Below are positions 35,332 to 37,171 of a DNA stretch of 37,171 bases, piece after piece (positions within the stretch are counted from its first letter, which is position 1; every line of letters starts with the position of its first letter). Both the position numbers and the translations under genes were made by a program. The notes under the pieces were generated by a model, which saw only the letters and a program-made list of their open reading frames with translations, was not told the origin of the DNA and searched no databases. Where the stretch lies: contig DASWGE010000178.1 in NCBI GenBank assembly GCA_036393895.1, positions 1 to 37,171 on the forward strand, read 5' to 3'. This stretch comes from Streptosporangiaceae bacterium. GTDB taxonomy: Bacteria > Actinomycetota > Actinomycetes > Streptosporangiales > Streptosporangiaceae.

Positions 35332-36677
35332 ATATCTCCGCAGTCGCCGGCGGGACGGTGATCACGCGGGATGGACCCGTACGCGCGGACGTCCTCATCG
35401 CCGGCGGCAAGGTGGCGGCGGTCGGAGAGCACCCGGCCGGTGCCGGACGCCTGCTGGACGCATCCGGCTGCTGGGTGCTGCCCGGAGGAGTCGACCCGCA
35501 CTGTCATCTGATGGCCGGCGTAGGTCAGGCTACGTCCGCGGCGGCCCGCGGCGGAACTACCACGGCGCTATCGTTCACCAGCCCTGCGCCAGGTGAGGGC
35601 GCCCTGGAGTGCCTGCTGCGCAACCGCTCGGAAGTGGCAGGTGGCGGCGCCGCGATCGACCTCGGCCTGCACGCGGCGATCTACGATCCAGACCGCATCA
35701 GCCACGAGGATCTTGCCGCGATAAGGCAAGCCGGGGCGGCCGCCGTCAAGGTCTTTCTCGCCTATCCCGAACTCGGGATCATGTGCTCGACCAAGCGCCT
35801 GTACGAGATCATGTCAAGCGCCAGGGGGCTCGGCCTCCTTGTGCAAGTGCATTGCGAGAACGGGCCGCTTATCGAGGCTCTCGAAGCGGACGCGCTCGAG
35901 GACGAAACTGCTGATGCCGGCCCAGCCGGCCCCCGCATCTTCGCTGACACCCGGCCGCCTGAGGTGGAAGAGGAGGCAGTGGCCAGCACGCTCGCGGCCG
36001 CGTCGCTGGCGGGCGCACCCTGCTACCTCGTTCACCTGTCGACCGCTGGCGCGCTGGAACAGGTGCGCCTGGCGCGCAGAAGAGGACAGCCACCGGTCTT
36101 CGCCGAAACCTGCCTGCATCATCTGCTCCTCGACGAGCGTTGCTATAACGGCGACGAGGCGGCCAGATACCTGGTCGCGCCACCGCTGCGCGCGCGCCGT
36201 GATGTCGAAGCCCTGTGGCAAGGGGTAGCCGACGGGACAATCGACACCGTCGGATCTGACCATTGCCAGGCCAGGACCTTTACCGCCGGACGCCTTGCCG
36301 CGGCGGGCCACAGCTACGCATACGGGCTGGCCGGAATCGGCCCCAGGCTGCCGTTGCTGCTGTCCGCGGCGATAGCCCGCGACCTTCCTTCTGGCCGCAT
36401 TGTGCAGCTCGCCGCGGAGAATGCGGCCCGGGCTTTCGGCCATTACCCGAGGAAGGGCGCCCTGCTCGCCGGCTCCGACGCCGACATCGTGATCTTCGAT
36501 CCGGACAGCAAGACCGTGCTGCCAGGCGACGGCCTCGGCGACGGCACTGCGGACAGCGTGTACGCGGGCCAGACCGCGAGCGGCAGGATCCGGGACGTAC
36601 TGCTGCGCGGGCAATTGATCGTCTCCGGCGGAGAGCTTGTCGATCAGCACCCAGGCGGCCAGTTCCTCCCTGGCTGA
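35328..36677 (+). CDS. Cyclic amidohydrolase (D-hydantoinase/dihydropyrimidinase-like)
   Basis: Motifs GGVDPHCHL, VKVFLAY (carbamyl-Lys context), VHCENG, YLVHLST and GSDHC. ATGA overlap with the upstream stop. Confidence 0.85.
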   Translation: MNISAVAGGTVITRDGPVRADVLIAGGKVAAVGEHPAGAGRLLDASGCWVLPGGVDPHCHLMAGVGQATSAAARGGTTTALSFTSPAPGEGALECLLRNRSEVAGGGAAIDLGLHAAIYDPDRISHEDLAAIRQAGAAAVKVFLAYPELGIMCSTKRLYEIMSSARGLGLLVQVHCENGPLIEALEADALEDETADAGPAGPRIFADTRPPEVEEEAVASTLAAASLAGAPCYLVHLSTAGALEQVRLARRRGQPPVFAETCLHHLLLDERCYNGDEAARYLVAPPLRARRDVEALWQGVADGTIDTVGSDHCQARTFTAGRLAAAGHSYAYGLAGIGPRLPLLLSAAIARDLPSGRIVQLAAENAARAFGHYPRKGALLAGSDADIVIFDPDSKTVLPGDGLGDGTADSVYAGQTASGRIRDVLLRGQLIVSGGELVDQHPGGQFLPG

Positions 36678-36778
36678 GAGCCGACCCGATGGCCGATCCC
36701 CGGGCATGGCTAGACGTAGGTCTTGCCGGGCAACGCGGCATACGCCGTGCTCGGCAGGTCGCCGGCGAACCTGTCCGC

Positions 36779-37171
36779 TCAGCCCGGCGGGTAGGTAGCG
36801 GCCCAGAACTCGGCGATGTCGATCCTGCGCATGAAGGTGACCTCCGGCTGTCCGAGCGCGTACTCGATGAAGTCGCGCAGCGCCGAGGCGCGCCCGGGCT
36901 GGCCGCTCCAGCGGGAGTGCACGCCGACGGACATGAGCCGGCCGCCGAGGCCGCCCCTGCATTCCTCGAGCAGGTAATCCAGACTGAGCCTGAGGCTCTC
37001 GAAGAAATGCCGGGGTGATGCATAGGTCGGCGGGATCAGGTACCGCACGTCGTTATGCACCTTGGTATAAGGCACGACGAGGAACGGCCTGCCGAGAGTG
37101 GTGACGAAATACGGCAGCTCATCGTTGTTGGCGTCGGAGTCGTAAAGGAAGCCGCCGTCCTCGACGAGCAG
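36779..37171 (-). CDS. Polysaccharide-deacetylase-fold protein, PuuE-type allantoinase-like (5' end outside window)
   Basis: The frame is open to the window edge. Sequence: LLVEDGGFLYDSDANNDELPYFVTTLGRPFLVVPYTKVHNDVRY... RIDIAEFWAATYPPG. Confidence 0.75.
   Translation of the reverse strand: MLVEDGGFLYDSDANNDELPYFVTTLGRPFLVVPYTKVHNDVRYLIPPTYASPRHFFESLRLSLDYLLEECRGGLGGRLMSVGVHSRWSGQPGRASALRDFIEYALGQPEVTFMRRIDIAEFWAATYPPG

Noticed and set aside
1-37171. Search for CRISPR arrays, tRNA/rRNA genes, transposases, integrases and toxin-antitoxin pairs.
   Set aside because: I saw no regularly spaced repeats, no cloverleaf-like or rRNA-like conserved stretches, and no DDE, tyrosine or serine recombinase motifs in any frame. 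Absence is judged by eye only.

Overview
This 37.2-kb window is high-GC and looks like an Actinomycetota chromosome, densely coding on both strands. All calls below rest on reading the six-frame translations, motif recognition and hand alignment. No database search was run, so family names are recognitions from memory rather than hits.

Contents in order:
1. 3' end of a DUF222/13E12-type HNH endonuclease gene (1-285).
2. A 113-bp relic of a HhH-GPD glycosylase gene (378-490).
3. A four-gene minus-strand module (555-4241): ABC ATPase, ABC-2 permease, HisKA_3 sensor kinase and LuxR response regulator.
4. An intact short HhH-GPD DNA glycosylase (4412-5080).
5. A translationally coupled three-gene minus-strand cassette (5178-8331). 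It encodes a helical unknown protein, a Walker-A-less ATPase-like protein and a BrxD/DUF2791-like P-loop ATPase. No other BREX/Pgl component is in the window. This is my best candidate for an undescribed conflict or defence-type system.
6. A divergent SAM methyltransferase, an amidohydrolase, a PatB/MalY-type aminotransferase and an orphan LuxR response regulator.
7. A complete monoderm-type Tad/Flp pilus locus (12828-21831): prepilin peptidase, two flp genes, tadE, a tadG-like gene, cpaB, tadZ, tadA, a vWA-tadB fusion and tadC. An ICMT-family methyltransferase follows.
8. A roughly 0.7-kb patch of gene relics: an inverted tadC fragment, a propeller-blade fragment and an acyltransferase-3 fragment.
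9. A secreted phosphoesterase fused to a 7-blade propeller.
10. An orphan csoR plus a small Cys-rich ORF.
11. A coupled GT2 synthase-like protein, a lipoprotein and a GT-C-like membrane protein.
12. A qor-SDR-small ORF operon.
13. An aminotransferase, amidohydrolase, hydantoinase and PuuE-like catabolic cluster that runs off the window end.

I found no rRNA, tRNA, CRISPR array, transposase or integrase.
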